A program made the translations under genes and the position numbers. This document shows positions 38,504-47,963 of a stretch of 60,844 nucleotides of DNA, piece by piece. The notes under the pieces were generated by a model, which saw only the letters and a program-made list of their open reading frames with translations, ran no database searches and was not told where the DNA came from. Origin of the DNA: Pseudomonadota bacterium (GTDB lineage: Bacteria; Pseudomonadota; Alphaproteobacteria; Rhizobiales; Rhizobiaceae); the NCBI GenBank assembly GCA_040755925.1, contig JBFLWR010000430.1, forward strand, positions 1 to 60,844, read 5' to 3'. The first letter of the stretch is position 1. Each line of letters opens with the position of its first letter.

Positions 38504-39684
38504 TGCCAAAACCATCATCTCGCATCACTGGCATCGTGCCTTCGGGCAAGGATGGCTGGGAAGTCCATTCCGCTGCCTGGGCCCGCAAGCACGCTGGCGA
38601 GGACATCATCATGCTGTCGGTCGGCGACCACGACTTCGACACGCCTTCGCAAACGATCGAGGCGTGCGTGACAGCCGTGCGCGGCAGCAACCATCATTAC
38701 ACGCCACTGTCAGGCTTGCCGCGCCTGCGCAAGGCGATGGCCGCGGCATCGACCGCCTGCACGGGTGTCTTGACCGAGCCTGACGAAATCATCGCCACGC
38801 CGGGCGGCCAGGCTGCGCTCTACGCCAGCGTGCAGGCCGTGCTCGACCCGGGCGATCATGCGATCGTCGTTGCGCCCTACTACGCCACCTACCCGAACAC
38901 CTTCAGTGCCGCCGGCGCCAGCTTCACCGTGGTCGAGACCCCGGCCGAAGATGGGTTTCAACCCCGCGCGGACATGATCCGCGCTGCGCTGAAGCCCAAT
39001 ACCCGGGCCATCCTGATCAACACGCCCAACAACCCGACGGGCGCTGTCTATTCGCGCGAACGGCTCGAGCAACTGGCCGATATCTGCAAGGAACATGACC
39101 TCTGGCTGCTGTCCGACGAGGTCTACTGGACGCTGGGCGGCGGCGAGCATATCTCGCCCCGTTCGCTGCCCGGCATGGCCGAGCGTACGCTGGTCATCAA
39201 CTCCATGTCGAAGAGCCACGGCATGACCGGCTGGCGCATGGGCTGGCTGACCGGGCCAAAGGCGATAATTGCGCTCTTGACCGATCTCAACCTGGTGACG
39301 ACCTACGGCCTGCCGGCCTTCATCTCGATCGCCTGCGCCGAGGCGCTGGAAAACCACTACGGCGTGAAGGAGATCGCCGAGCGCTACGCCGCGCGCCGCA
39401 CCGTATTCCTGGATGCCATGCGAGGCGTGAACGACCTCACCGTGCGCGGCTCCGAGGGCGGCATGTACATCATGCTCGACGTCTCCGCCATCGAACCGGA
39501 CGACGAGAAATTCGCCTGGGGACTGCTCGACAAGGAGAATGTCGGCGTGATGCCCGGATCCAGCTTCGGCGAGGCCGCGGCCGGCCACATCCGCATCAGC
39601 CTTTGCCAACCTGAGCCCATCCTTCAGGAAGCAGCACTTCGCGTGCGCCGCTTCGCTTCCAACTATCGCCGTGAGGCCGCATGA
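38503..39684 (+). CDS. class I/II PLP aminotransferase (AruH/AspC-like)
   Basis: NTPNNPTG, SDEVY, SMSKSHGMTGWRMG; TGATG overlap. Confidence 0.93.
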   Translation: MPKPSSRITGIVPSGKDGWEVHSAAWARKHAGEDIIMLSVGDHDFDTPSQTIEACVTAVRGSNHHYTPLSGLPRLRKAMAAASTACTGVLTEPDEIIATPGGQAALYASVQAVLDPGDHAIVVAPYYATYPNTFSAAGASFTVVETPAEDGFQPRADMIRAALKPNTRAILINTPNNPTGAVYSRERLEQLADICKEHDLWLLSDEVYWTLGGGEHISPRSLPGMAERTLVINSMSKSHGMTGWRMGWLTGPKAIIALLTDLNLVTTYGLPAFISIACAEALENHYGVKEIAERYAARRTVFLDAMRGVNDLTVRGSEGGMYIMLDVSAIEPDDEKFAWGLLDKENVGVMPGSSFGEAAAGHIRISLCQPEPILQEAALRVRRFASNYRREAA

Positions 39685-42128
39685 CCAAGACTGTTCCCAG
39701 CAAAGCCCGCGCCGTCATCATCGGCGGCGGCGTTTCCGGCTGCTCGGTCGCCTACCATTTGGCGAAGCTCGGCTGGACCGACATCGTGCTGCTCGAACGC
39801 AAGCAGCTCACCTGCGGCACGACCTGGCATGCGGCCGGCCTGATCGGCCAATTGCGTGCCTCTCAGAACATGACGCGGCTGGCGAAATATTCGGCCGACC
39901 TCTACGTCAAGCTCGAAGCCGAGACCGATGTCGGCACCGGCATGCGCCAGGTCGGGTCCATCACCGTAGCGCTGACCGAGGAGCGCAAGCACGAAATCTA
40001 CCGGCAGGCCTCTCTCGCGCGCGCCTTCGACGTAGACGTGCGCGAGATTTCGCCGAGCGAAGTCAAACAGATGTATCCACATCTCAACGTGTCCGACGTG
40101 GTCGGCGCGGTCCACCTGCCGCTCGACGGCCAGTGCGATCCGGCCAACATCGCCATGGCGCTCGCCAAGGGCGCACGCCAGCGTGGCGCCACGATCATAG
40201 AGAACGTCAAGGTCACCAAAGTCCACACCAAGAACGGCCGTGTCTCCGGCGTCTCCTGGGCGCAAGGCGAGGACCAGGGCACGATCGAGACCGACATCGT
40301 CGTCAACTGCGCCGGCATGTGGGCGCGCGAGCTTGGCCGGCAGAACGGCGTCACCATCCCGCTGCATGCCTGCGAGCATTTCTATCTGGTCACCGAGCCG
40401 ATCCCAGGCCTCTCCCGTTTGCCAGTGCTGCGCGTGCCAGACGAGTGCGCCTACTACAAGGAAGACGCCGGCAAGATGATGCTCGGCGCTTTCGAGCCGG
40501 TGGCGAAACCCTGGGGCATGGATGGCATCCGCGAGGACTTCTGCTTCGACCAGTTGCCTGAGGACATGGACCATTTCGAGCCGATCCTCGAAATGGGCGT
40601 CAACCGCATGCCGATGCTGGGCACCGCCGGCATCCATACCTTCTTCAATGGTCCCGAGAGCTTCACACCGGACGACCGTTACTATCTAGGCGAAGCGCCG
40701 GAGCTCGCCGGCTACTGGATGGCGACCGGCTACAATTCGATCGGCATCGTTTCCTCTGGCGGTGCCGGCATGGCGCTGGCTCAATGGATCAACGATGGCG
40801 AAGCGCCTTTCGACCTCTGGGAGGTCGACATCCGCCGCGCCCAGCCGTTCCAGAAGAACCGCCGCTACCTCAAGGAGCGCGTCTCAGAGACGCTCGGCCT
40901 GCTCTACGCCGATCACTTCCCCTACCGACAGATGGCGACCTCGCGCGGCGTGCGTCGTTCGCCCTTGCATGAGCACCTGAAGGCACGTGGCGCTGTCTTC
41001 GGCGAAGTCGCCGGCTGGGAGCGCGCCAACTGGTTCGCGCGCGAAGGCCAGGAGCGCGAATACCGCTATTCCTGGAAGCGGCAGAACTGGTTCGACAACC
41101 AGCGCGAGGAGCACCTTGCGGTTCGCAACGGCGTCGGACTGTTCGACATGACCTCGTTCGGCAAGATCAGGGTGGAAGGCCGCGATGCCTGTTCCTTCCT
41201 GCAGCGGCTCTGCGCCAACGACATGGACGTGGCACCGGGCAAGATCGTTTACACGCAGATGCTCAACGCCAAGGGCGGCATCGAGAGCGACCTCACCGTG
41301 ACGCGGCTTTCGGAGACGGCCTATTTCCTCGTCGTGCCGGGCGCCACTCTGCAGCGCGACCTCACCTGGCTGCGGCGGCACGTCGCCGACGAGTTTGTCG
41401 TCATCACCGACGTGACGGCGGCCGAAGCCGTCATCTGCCTGATGGGACCGGACTCGCGAAAACTGATCCAGAAGGTCAGCCCGAACGATTTCTCCAATGA
41501 GGCCAATCCTTTCGGCACATGCCAGGAGATCGAGATCGGCATGGGCCTTGCCCGTGCCCACCGCGTCACCTATGTCGGCGAGCTCGGCTGGGAGCTCTAT
41601 GTCTCGACCGAGCAGGCCGCCCATGTCTTCGAGGCAATCACGGACGCCGGCGCTGATGTCGGCCTGAAGCTCTGCGGACTGCACACGCTGGATTCCTGCC
41701 GCATCGAAAAGGCCTTCCGCCATTTCGGCCACGACATCACCGACGAGGACAATGTTCTGGAGGCGGGCCTCGGCTTCGCCGTGAAGACGGCCAAGGCCGG
41801 CTTCATCGGCCGCGACGCCGTGCTGCGAACCAAGGATGCCGGCCTGAACCGGCGCCTGGTGCAATTCCGCCTCAAGGACCCGCAGCCACTGCTCTTCCAC
41901 AATGAGGCAATCCTGCGTGACGGCAAGATTGTCGGCCCGATCACATCAGGGAATTACGGTCACCATCTCGGCGGCGCGATCGGCCTGGGCTATGTGCCCT
42001 GCAAGGGAGAAAGCGAGTCCGAGGTGCTGGGCTCATCCTACGAGGTGGAAATCGCAGGCGAGCGTTTTGCCGCCGAGGCATCGTTGAAGCCGATGTACGA
42101 CCCGAAGGCAGAACGGGTGAAGATGTAG
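39681..42128 (+). CDS. FAD/GcvT oxidoreductase (sarcosine dehydrogenase-like), paralog 3
   Basis: GGGVSG, CGTTWHAAG, NGPESFTPD, GWERANW, RVTYVGELGWE. Confidence 0.92.
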   Translation: MTKTVPSKARAVIIGGGVSGCSVAYHLAKLGWTDIVLLERKQLTCGTTWHAAGLIGQLRASQNMTRLAKYSADLYVKLEAETDVGTGMRQVGSITVALTEERKHEIYRQASLARAFDVDVREISPSEVKQMYPHLNVSDVVGAVHLPLDGQCDPANIAMALAKGARQRGATIIENVKVTKVHTKNGRVSGVSWAQGEDQGTIETDIVVNCAGMWARELGRQNGVTIPLHACEHFYLVTEPIPGLSRLPVLRVPDECAYYKEDAGKMMLGAFEPVAKPWGMDGIREDFCFDQLPEDMDHFEPILEMGVNRMPMLGTAGIHTFFNGPESFTPDDRYYLGEAPELAGYWMATGYNSIGIVSSGGAGMALAQWINDGEAPFDLWEVDIRRAQPFQKNRRYLKERVSETLGLLYADHFPYRQMATSRGVRRSPLHEHLKARGAVFGEVAGWERANWFAREGQEREYRYSWKRQNWFDNQREEHLAVRNGVGLFDMTSFGKIRVEGRDACSFLQRLCANDMDVAPGKIVYTQMLNAKGGIESDLTVTRLSETAYFLVVPGATLQRDLTWLRRHVADEFVVITDVTAAEAVICLMGPDSRKLIQKVSPNDFSNEANPFGTCQEIEIGMGLARAHRVTYVGELGWELYVSTEQAAHVFEAITDAGADVGLKLCGLHTLDSCRIEKAFRHFGHDITDEDNVLEAGLGFAVKTAKAGFIGRDAVLRTKDAGLNRRLVQFRLKDPQPLLFHNEAILRDGKIVGPITSGNYGHHLGGAIGLGYVPCKGESESEVLGSSYEVEIAGERFAAEASLKPMYDPKAERVKM

Positions 42129-42135
42129 CGTGGCC

Positions 42136-42163
42136 CTCCCTTCTCCCTTGTGGGAGAAGGGAG
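42136..42163. repeat. short palindromic element (REP/RIME-like remnant) between convergent genes
   Basis: CTCCCTTCTCCC-TTGT-GGGAGAAGGGAG perfect 12-bp stem. Confidence 0.7.
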
Positions 42164-42171
42164 ACTGGTTC

Positions 42172-42759
42172 TCAAAACCGCTCCAGTCTCGCCCGCACCT
42201 TCGCCAGAAACGCGGCCCGGCTCTTCGGCGTCGAGGAATCCATCAGATAGTGCGCCAGGAAGAAGGTGCGGCAGCGGGTGGCGCAGATCGCCCGCATGCC
42301 GCGCAATATCGTCTTGCGGCCGGGCTGGCCGACGACGACGCTCCACCAGGTTGGCGCGCCGCAGGTGGTGATGACGCCGACCTTGGTGACATGCGTCATC
42401 AGCGACTTGATCCTGCCCTTGCCGACCGGCAGCTTGAAGGCGATGTCGGTCGCCCAAACCCGGTCGAACCAGCCCTTCAGCATCGCCGGCAGGCCGTACC
42501 ACCAGGTAGGGTAGATGAAGAGGATCGCCTGCGCCCATTTCAGGTGCTCGAAATGCGGCTCGAGCGCCGGGTCGTCGGGGGAACGGTCGTTGTAGGATCG
42601 CCGCTCCTCGCGGCTCATCACCGGATTGAAGTTCTCGGCATAGAGGTCGAGCAGCCGGACGTCCCAGCCTCGGGTCTTCAGCACGTCCACCGCGACGTCG
42701 CGGATCGCGGCGCAATAGCTCTCCGGCACCGGATGGCAGTAGACCACCAGCACGCGCAT
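42172..42759 (-). CDS. flavodoxin-fold NAD(P)H-dependent (quinone) oxidoreductase
   Basis: MRVLVVYCHP; YPTWWYGLPAMLKGWFDRV. Confidence 0.9.
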   Translation of the reverse strand: MRVLVVYCHPVPESYCAAIRDVAVDVLKTRGWDVRLLDLYAENFNPVMSREERRSYNDRSPDDPALEPHFEHLKWAQAILFIYPTWWYGLPAMLKGWFDRVWATDIAFKLPVGKGRIKSLMTHVTKVGVITTCGAPTWWSVVVGQPGRKTILRGMRAICATRCRTFFLAHYLMDSSTPKSRAAFLAKVRARLERF

Positions 42760-43340
42760 CAGAAGGCGCCCATCCTGGCGACCACCTTCGCCATGAAGGC
42801 CTTGCGCGTCTCGTCGGTCGACAGGTTCATCGAATAATGCGCGAGGTAGGAGACGGGAGCGCCGGGCTTGATGGTGGCCCGCAGCATGCGCTTCACGACC
42901 TTGCGCGGCGGATCGCCCATCAGCATCGCGCGAAAACGGCTGCCGCCATAGGTGGTGATGGCGGCAAGCTTGCGGATGTTGTGCAGCGTCGGCTGCACCT
43001 TGCCGTCGACCAGTTTGAACGACACGCCAGGCAGGAAGACGCGATCGAAGAAGCCTTTCAGAATTGCCGGATAGCCGTAGTTCCAGACTGGAAAGGACAG
43101 CACCAGCGCCTCGGCACTGCGCAGCCTTTCGACATAGCCTGCGACAGCATCTCCCTGTCCGCGCTGGTCGTGGTAGCCAAGCCGCTCGGCCCGCGTCAGC
43201 CGGGGATCGAAATCCTCGGCATAAAGGTCGCAATCGTCGATCGAATGGCCCGCCGCGCCCAGCCGCTCCACGATCGTCCGGTGCAGGCCTGCGTTGAAGC
43301 TGGTCTCCACCGGATGAGCGTAGAGCACGAGGATTTTCAC
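42759..43340 (-). CDS. flavodoxin-fold NAD(P)H-dependent (quinone) oxidoreductase, tandem paralog
   Basis: MKILVLYAHP; FPVWNYGYPAILKGFFDRV. Confidence 0.9.
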   Translation of the reverse strand: MKILVLYAHPVETSFNAGLHRTIVERLGAAGHSIDDCDLYAEDFDPRLTRAERLGYHDQRGQGDAVAGYVERLRSAEALVLSFPVWNYGYPAILKGFFDRVFLPGVSFKLVDGKVQPTLHNIRKLAAITTYGGSRFRAMLMGDPPRKVVKRMLRATIKPGAPVSYLAHYSMNLSTDETRKAFMAKVVARMGAF

Positions 43341-43368
43341 GGAAGAATATCCCGCAGGTTAGCGCGAG

Positions 43369-43527
43369 GCGCCCCCCTCTGCCCTGCTGGGCATCTCCCC
43401 CTCAAGGGGGGAGATTGGCGGCTTCCGCGCCGCGCCTGTGCTTCCGGCGTTGGAGATTGGCGAAGGCGGCGGGGCGAGTAATCTCCCCCCTTGAGGGGGA
43501 GATGGCCGGCAGGCCAGAGGGGGGTGC
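43369..43527. repeat. rhizobial intergenic palindromic (RIME/MITE-like) element of about 160 bp
   Basis: CCCCCCTCTGCCCTGCTGGGCATCTCCCCCTCAAGGGGGGAGATT ... AATCTCCCCCCTTGAGGGGGAGATGGCCGGCAGGCCAGAGGGGGG long terminal inverted repeats, each containing a hairpin. Confidence 0.85.
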
Positions 43528-43545
43528 AGCGCCGCACGCTCTTCA

Positions 43546-44952
43546 TCAGCTCGCCTTCTGCAGCCCCTTGAACAGGAACGTCCGGCCCGAGCGGTAGTCA
43601 TAGTCCGGATTTTCCCAGGCGATCATCTTGCCCGGATTGAGCAACCCCTGCGGATCGGTTTCTCGTTTGAAGGCGAGCAGGATTTCGTCCGTCTGCTTCA
43701 TGCCGCCCTCTTCCAGCGTGTAGCGGTGCGGGTTGAAGATCGGGCAGCCATTTTCCTCATGCAGGCGGACGATCTCGTCGAGCCGCGCCTCGGTGGTGAA
43801 CTTCACCAGCGGCAGTCCGAAGCAGGTGATGTTGCCGTCAAGTCGCACGAATTCGAGATGCGAGAAGACTTCGCCCGGAAACATCGCGTCCATCTTCTCC
43901 ACCAATGCAAGCTGGTTGGGAAAAGGATAGAGCGATTGCAGGTAGGTGATCGACGGATCGACACGGAGCGCCCTCAATGTCGTGTGGTTCCACGCGAGCT
44001 CATAGGCCGGCGGCAAGCCCTTCTTGTCTCCGTCCGTCGCGGTCGCGGCATTGAAGATGACTGCGCCGCCGGTGCGGCGCGTGAAGGCGAGGAACGCATC
44101 CAGCCCGTGCCGCGCCACCATGACGACGCAAATGCTCTGACCCTCGCGCAGGAACTTCTGGTGCCGCTTGAAATAGAGCTGCGGCACGGGTGCTGCGATC
44201 GGCGTGATCAGCTTGGTCAGGATGCCGTCCTGGCAGGCGAGCGCATTGCCGAAGCGGGCGGCTTCCATGAAGCAGTCGAAGCCGACGATGACGTCGACCC
44301 ATTCGTATGCAGCCGTGAGCGGCATCTCGACTTCAGTGATGATGCCGTTGGTGCCATAGGCATGCGTCACCTTATGTAGGTCCTCGCCCGACAATTCGAG
44401 CACCTTCGGCTCGGCCTCCATGGTCACCACGCGCAGGCGCAGCACGTTACCGAAATCGCGCAAACCGCCGAAGTTGATCGAACCGACGCCGCCCGAACCG
44501 CCAGCGATGAAGCCACCGATCGAAGCCGTATTGTAGGTCGAAGGCGACAGTCTCAACTCCTGCCCGGAATGCGCCCGCGTCGCCTTGTCGATTTCGGCGA
44601 GAATCGCCCCCGGCCCGGTCACCACCCTCCCCGGCGCGATGGCCTTGATCTCTTTCATTTCGGCAAGGTTGAGCACCACGCCGCCCGATAGCGGCATCGC
44701 CTGCCCGTAATTGCCGGTGCCGCTGCCGCGCGGCGTCACAGGAATGCCGTGTCGATGGCAGGCGGCGAGCACGCGGGTCACCTCGTTCTCGTTCCTGGGC
44801 GTGACGATCAGATCACCGGTGATGTGGTCGAGCTGCGCCTTCAGTACGGGGCTGTACCAATAGAAGTCGCGGCTCTTCTGCTGGACGATTGCCGGATGGT
44901 CATCGACCTTGATCCCTTCGAGATCGGGCTTCAGCGCCGAGATATCCATCAT
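43546..44952 (-). CDS. FAD-binding oxidoreductase (GlcD/vanillyl-alcohol oxidase fold)
   Basis: TPRGSGTGNYGQ, ASIGGFIAGGSGG, DPQGLLNPGK. Confidence 0.9.
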   Translation of the reverse strand: MMDISALKPDLEGIKVDDHPAIVQQKSRDFYWYSPVLKAQLDHITGDLIVTPRNENEVTRVLAACHRHGIPVTPRGSGTGNYGQAMPLSGGVVLNLAEMKEIKAIAPGRVVTGPGAILAEIDKATRAHSGQELRLSPSTYNTASIGGFIAGGSGGVGSINFGGLRDFGNVLRLRVVTMEAEPKVLELSGEDLHKVTHAYGTNGIITEVEMPLTAAYEWVDVIVGFDCFMEAARFGNALACQDGILTKLITPIAAPVPQLYFKRHQKFLREGQSICVVMVARHGLDAFLAFTRRTGGAVIFNAATATDGDKKGLPPAYELAWNHTTLRALRVDPSITYLQSLYPFPNQLALVEKMDAMFPGEVFSHLEFVRLDGNITCFGLPLVKFTTEARLDEIVRLHEENGCPIFNPHRYTLEEGGMKQTDEILLAFKRETDPQGLLNPGKMIAWENPDYDYRSGRTFLFKGLQKAS

Positions 44953-46244
44953 CCCACCATCAGTTCGTCGAGTTCGGCATAATCGGGCAGCTTGCGCTCG
45001 ATCGCGCGGCCCTCGCGCACCACGATGCGATCCGATTCGGGCCGCGACAGCAATTCAGTCCAGCCGCGGCCCTTGAAAATGATGAAGTCGGCGCTGCCGC
45101 CGGCGGCTAGAATGCCTGCGCCATCGAGCCGCATCACTTCGGCCGGCGTTGCAGCCACGGCTTTCGGCCAGTCGCCTACCGGGTGGTCGAAATGCAGGAT
45201 ACGCGTCGCCATGCGGTAGACTTCGAGCATGTCGAGATCGCCATAGGCATAGAACGGATCGCGGGTGTTGTCGGAAGCGACCGCCACCTTGATGCCGCGC
45301 GCCTTCATTTCATGCAGCAGCGTCACGCCGCGCCACCGCGGCGTCGTGCCGTCGCGCCTGTCCTGCAGGTAGAGATTGCACATCGGCAGCGACACCACTG
45401 CCAAGCCGGCCTTCGCGACCTTATCCAGCGTGTCGAGCACTTCGAGGTCCGGCTGGCGTGCCAGCGAGCAGCAATGGCCGACGAGGATGTTGCCCGCGAA
45501 CCCGTTCCAGAGCGAAGCCTCGGCGATCTTCCTTAGCGAGATCGCTGACACGTCGGCAGTCTCGTCGGCATGGAAATCGAGGTCGAGCCCATGCTTGATC
45601 GCCTGCGCGAACACTTGGTCGAGCAGCTCTTCCAGATCCGGCACCATATAGGTGACAACGCCGAGAACCCCCCTGGCCGCCGCGACGCGTTTCGCCAGTC
45701 GCTCGAACCAAGTCTTGTCGCGCACGCCCTCGATTCCGAGCAGGCAGGCGGCCTGTAACTCGATGCGGCCGCGCCATGTTTCGCGCATGGTTTCGAACAC
45801 CGGCCAGGAGATTTCTTCCTGCGGCGGCACGCTGTCGAGGTGCGTTCGCATGGCCCTGGTGCCGTGCGCATAGGCTGAGCGGAGCGAGAAATCCATGCGT
45901 CGAGCGACATCCTCCGCGCTCCAGCGCGCGGTCCGGTCGGCGCCAGTGGCGTTGAGCGCGCCCATGAAGGTGCCGTCGGGATTGGGTTTTCGGGGCCAGA
46001 TATGCCCCTTGTCGATATGCGTGTGACAGTCCACGAAGCATGGCAGCACGATGCGGCCGCCGAGGTCGATCGCATTTGGATGCGGCGACTTTCGATGCGC
46101 GCCGATGCTGACGATCTTGCCATCGGCCACGCCGATATCGGCAAGGGCGAAACCATCGGCATCGAACGATGCGGCAACCCCCGGCGTCAGGGAGCGGTGA
46201 ACGCGAGCGTTGCTGAGTTGGTAAGAACCAGAGGCTGGTATCAA
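44949..46244 (-). CDS. cytosine-deaminase-like amidohydrolase (possible pterin/pyrimidine deaminase)
   Basis: DCHTHIDK, DFHADE, GHCCSL, ASDNTRDPFY metal-binding motifs; TTG start. Confidence 0.88.
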   Translation of the reverse strand: MIPASGSYQLSNARVHRSLTPGVAASFDADGFALADIGVADGKIVSIGAHRKSPHPNAIDLGGRIVLPCFVDCHTHIDKGHIWPRKPNPDGTFMGALNATGADRTARWSAEDVARRMDFSLRSAYAHGTRAMRTHLDSVPPQEEISWPVFETMRETWRGRIELQAACLLGIEGVRDKTWFERLAKRVAAARGVLGVVTYMVPDLEELLDQVFAQAIKHGLDLDFHADETADVSAISLRKIAEASLWNGFAGNILVGHCCSLARQPDLEVLDTLDKVAKAGLAVVSLPMCNLYLQDRRDGTTPRWRGVTLLHEMKARGIKVAVASDNTRDPFYAYGDLDMLEVYRMATRILHFDHPVGDWPKAVAATPAEVMRLDGAGILAAGGSADFIIFKGRGWTELLSRPESDRIVVREGRAIERKLPDYAELDELMVG

Positions 46245-46286
46245 ATTCTGGTCCTCTTCGCGATTTCCTGTGCGGCGCCAATCACC

Positions 46287-47138
46287 CTAGCGCTCCTGCT
46301 TCAGCGCGCTCTCGTGCCAGCGGCGTAGGATGAGATGCGACACCAGGGAGAGCACCAGGAAGATCAATATGCCGGTCAGCGAGATCAGGATCAGAGCCGC
46401 GAACAGGCGCGGCGCGTTGAGCCGGTAGCCGGCCTCGATGATGCGCGAGGCTAGCCCCGACGACTGCCCCTGCGCGCCGGCGACGAATTCGGCCACCACC
46501 GCGCCGATCAGCGATAGGCCGCCGGCGATCTTCAAGCCACCAAGGAAGTAGGGCATGGCTGCCGGCAGGCGCAGGTAGCGCAATTGCTGCCAGCGCGTCG
46601 CGCCGTTGAGCTTGAACAGGTCGCGCAGGTTCCTGTCGACGGAATTCAGCCCCAGCGTGGTGTTGGACAGGATCGGGAAGAAGGCGACGATCCAGGCGCA
46701 AAGCAGCAGCTTCGTCGTCTGGTTGTTTATGTAGATGTTGATCAGCGGGAAAATCGCGACGATCGGCGTCACCTGCAGCACGATGGCGAAGGGGAAGAAC
46801 GACATCTCCACCCATTTCGACTGGGCGAACAGCACTGACAGCCCGACTCCGCCGATGACGGCGAGAAGCAGGCTGAGAAAGGTGATCTTGAGCGTCACCA
46901 GGAGGGAGGTGAAGAGCAGGCCGGCATCGTCATGCAGGGTCTGCAGCACCACGCCGGGTCGCGGCAGGATATATTGCGGGATCGCGTTCCAGACGCAGAT
47001 GCGGTCCCACAGCCAGATCGCCAGGATCATGATCGCCAAGGGCAATAACCATTTGCCGATCCGTTCCAGCCGTTCCTGGCGCACACGGCGCGCCTCTTCG
47101 GGATCGAGTTTCAGAACATTGTCTTCAATGGCCGTCAT
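46287..47138 (-). CDS. ABC transporter permease (NitT/TauT family)
   Basis: TM helices; LNGATRWQ..LRLPAA; IGAVVAEF. Confidence 0.93.
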   Translation of the reverse strand: MTAIEDNVLKLDPEEARRVRQERLERIGKWLLPLAIMILAIWLWDRICVWNAIPQYILPRPGVVLQTLHDDAGLLFTSLLVTLKITFLSLLLAVIGGVGLSVLFAQSKWVEMSFFPFAIVLQVTPIVAIFPLINIYINNQTTKLLLCAWIVAFFPILSNTTLGLNSVDRNLRDLFKLNGATRWQQLRYLRLPAAMPYFLGGLKIAGGLSLIGAVVAEFVAGAQGQSSGLASRIIEAGYRLNAPRLFAALILISLTGILIFLVLSLVSHLILRRWHESALKQER

Positions 47139-47949
47139 GATGAGATCCGGCGGTTGAATTGATGGCGTTGATCAGCACGTCCGAGGCCTGGCGGCAGAGC
47201 GCTGCATAATCCGGTGAAGTCCGGAACGCCTCGTCACGCGGATAAGGCGCATCGACGGCCAGTTCGCCGAAGACGCGGCCCGGGCGCGCCGCCATGACGA
47301 CGATGCGACTGGACAGGAAAACGCTTTCGAAGACGCTGTGAGTGACGAAGACGACAGTGAAGCGCTCGTCCTGCCAAAGCTCCAGAAGGTCGTTGTTGAG
47401 CTTGAAGCGGGTGATCTCGTCGAGTGCCGCGAAGGGCTCGTCCATTAAGAGGATGCGCGGCTTCGTCACCATGGCGCGCGCGATCGAGACACGCATCTTC
47501 ATGCCGCCGGAAAGCTCGCGCGGCACGGCGTTCTCGAAGCCGGTGAGATGGACGCGCGACAGCATCTCCATCACGGCGGGTCCGGCCTTCGCGCGCGAGA
47601 TGCCCTTCAGCCGAAGCGGCAGCCAGACATTGTCGAAGACGCTCGCCCAAGGCAGCAGCGTCGGTTCCTGGAAGACGAAGCCGATGCTCGAGCGGTCGAG
47701 CGCTCCGCGCCAGTCGAGCTGGCCGGAGGTCGGCGTCGACAGGCCGGCGATGAGCCGCAGCGCCGTCGACTTGCCGCAGCCTGACGGACCGAGCAGGCTG
47801 AGAAAATCGCCTTCATGGATTGCCAGGTCGACCTTGCTCAGCGCCGTGACGCCGTTGGAAAAGACCTTGCCGACATTGCGCAATGACAACAGCAACGGAT
47901 TCCCGCCCGATGCTGCTGTCGGCGCCTGCGCCGCTTTCTCCTTGATCAT
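47125..47949 (-). CDS. ABC transporter ATP-binding protein
   Basis: [23 protein letters not shown]. Confidence 0.95.
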   Translation of the reverse strand: MIKEKAAQAPTAASGGNPLLLSLRNVGKVFSNGVTALSKVDLAIHEGDFLSLLGPSGCGKSTALRLIAGLSTPTSGQLDWRGALDRSSIGFVFQEPTLLPWASVFDNVWLPLRLKGISRAKAGPAVMEMLSRVHLTGFENAVPRELSGGMKMRVSIARAMVTKPRILLMDEPFAALDEITRFKLNNDLLELWQDERFTVVFVTHSVFESVFLSSRIVVMAARPGRVFGELAVDAPYPRDEAFRTSPDYAALCRQASDVLINAINSTAGSHHDGH

Positions 47950-47963
47950 ATCGGGCAGGCCGC

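Noticed and set aside
42172-43233. Apparent 353-aa fusion or frameshift of the flavodoxin genes
   Set aside because: Two complete paralogs joined by a TGATG overlap at 42757-42761 explain it
43337-43601. Short ORFs such as ...GHLPLKGGD... and ...ISPLEGEM...
   Set aside because: Translations of the palindromic repeat element, not genes
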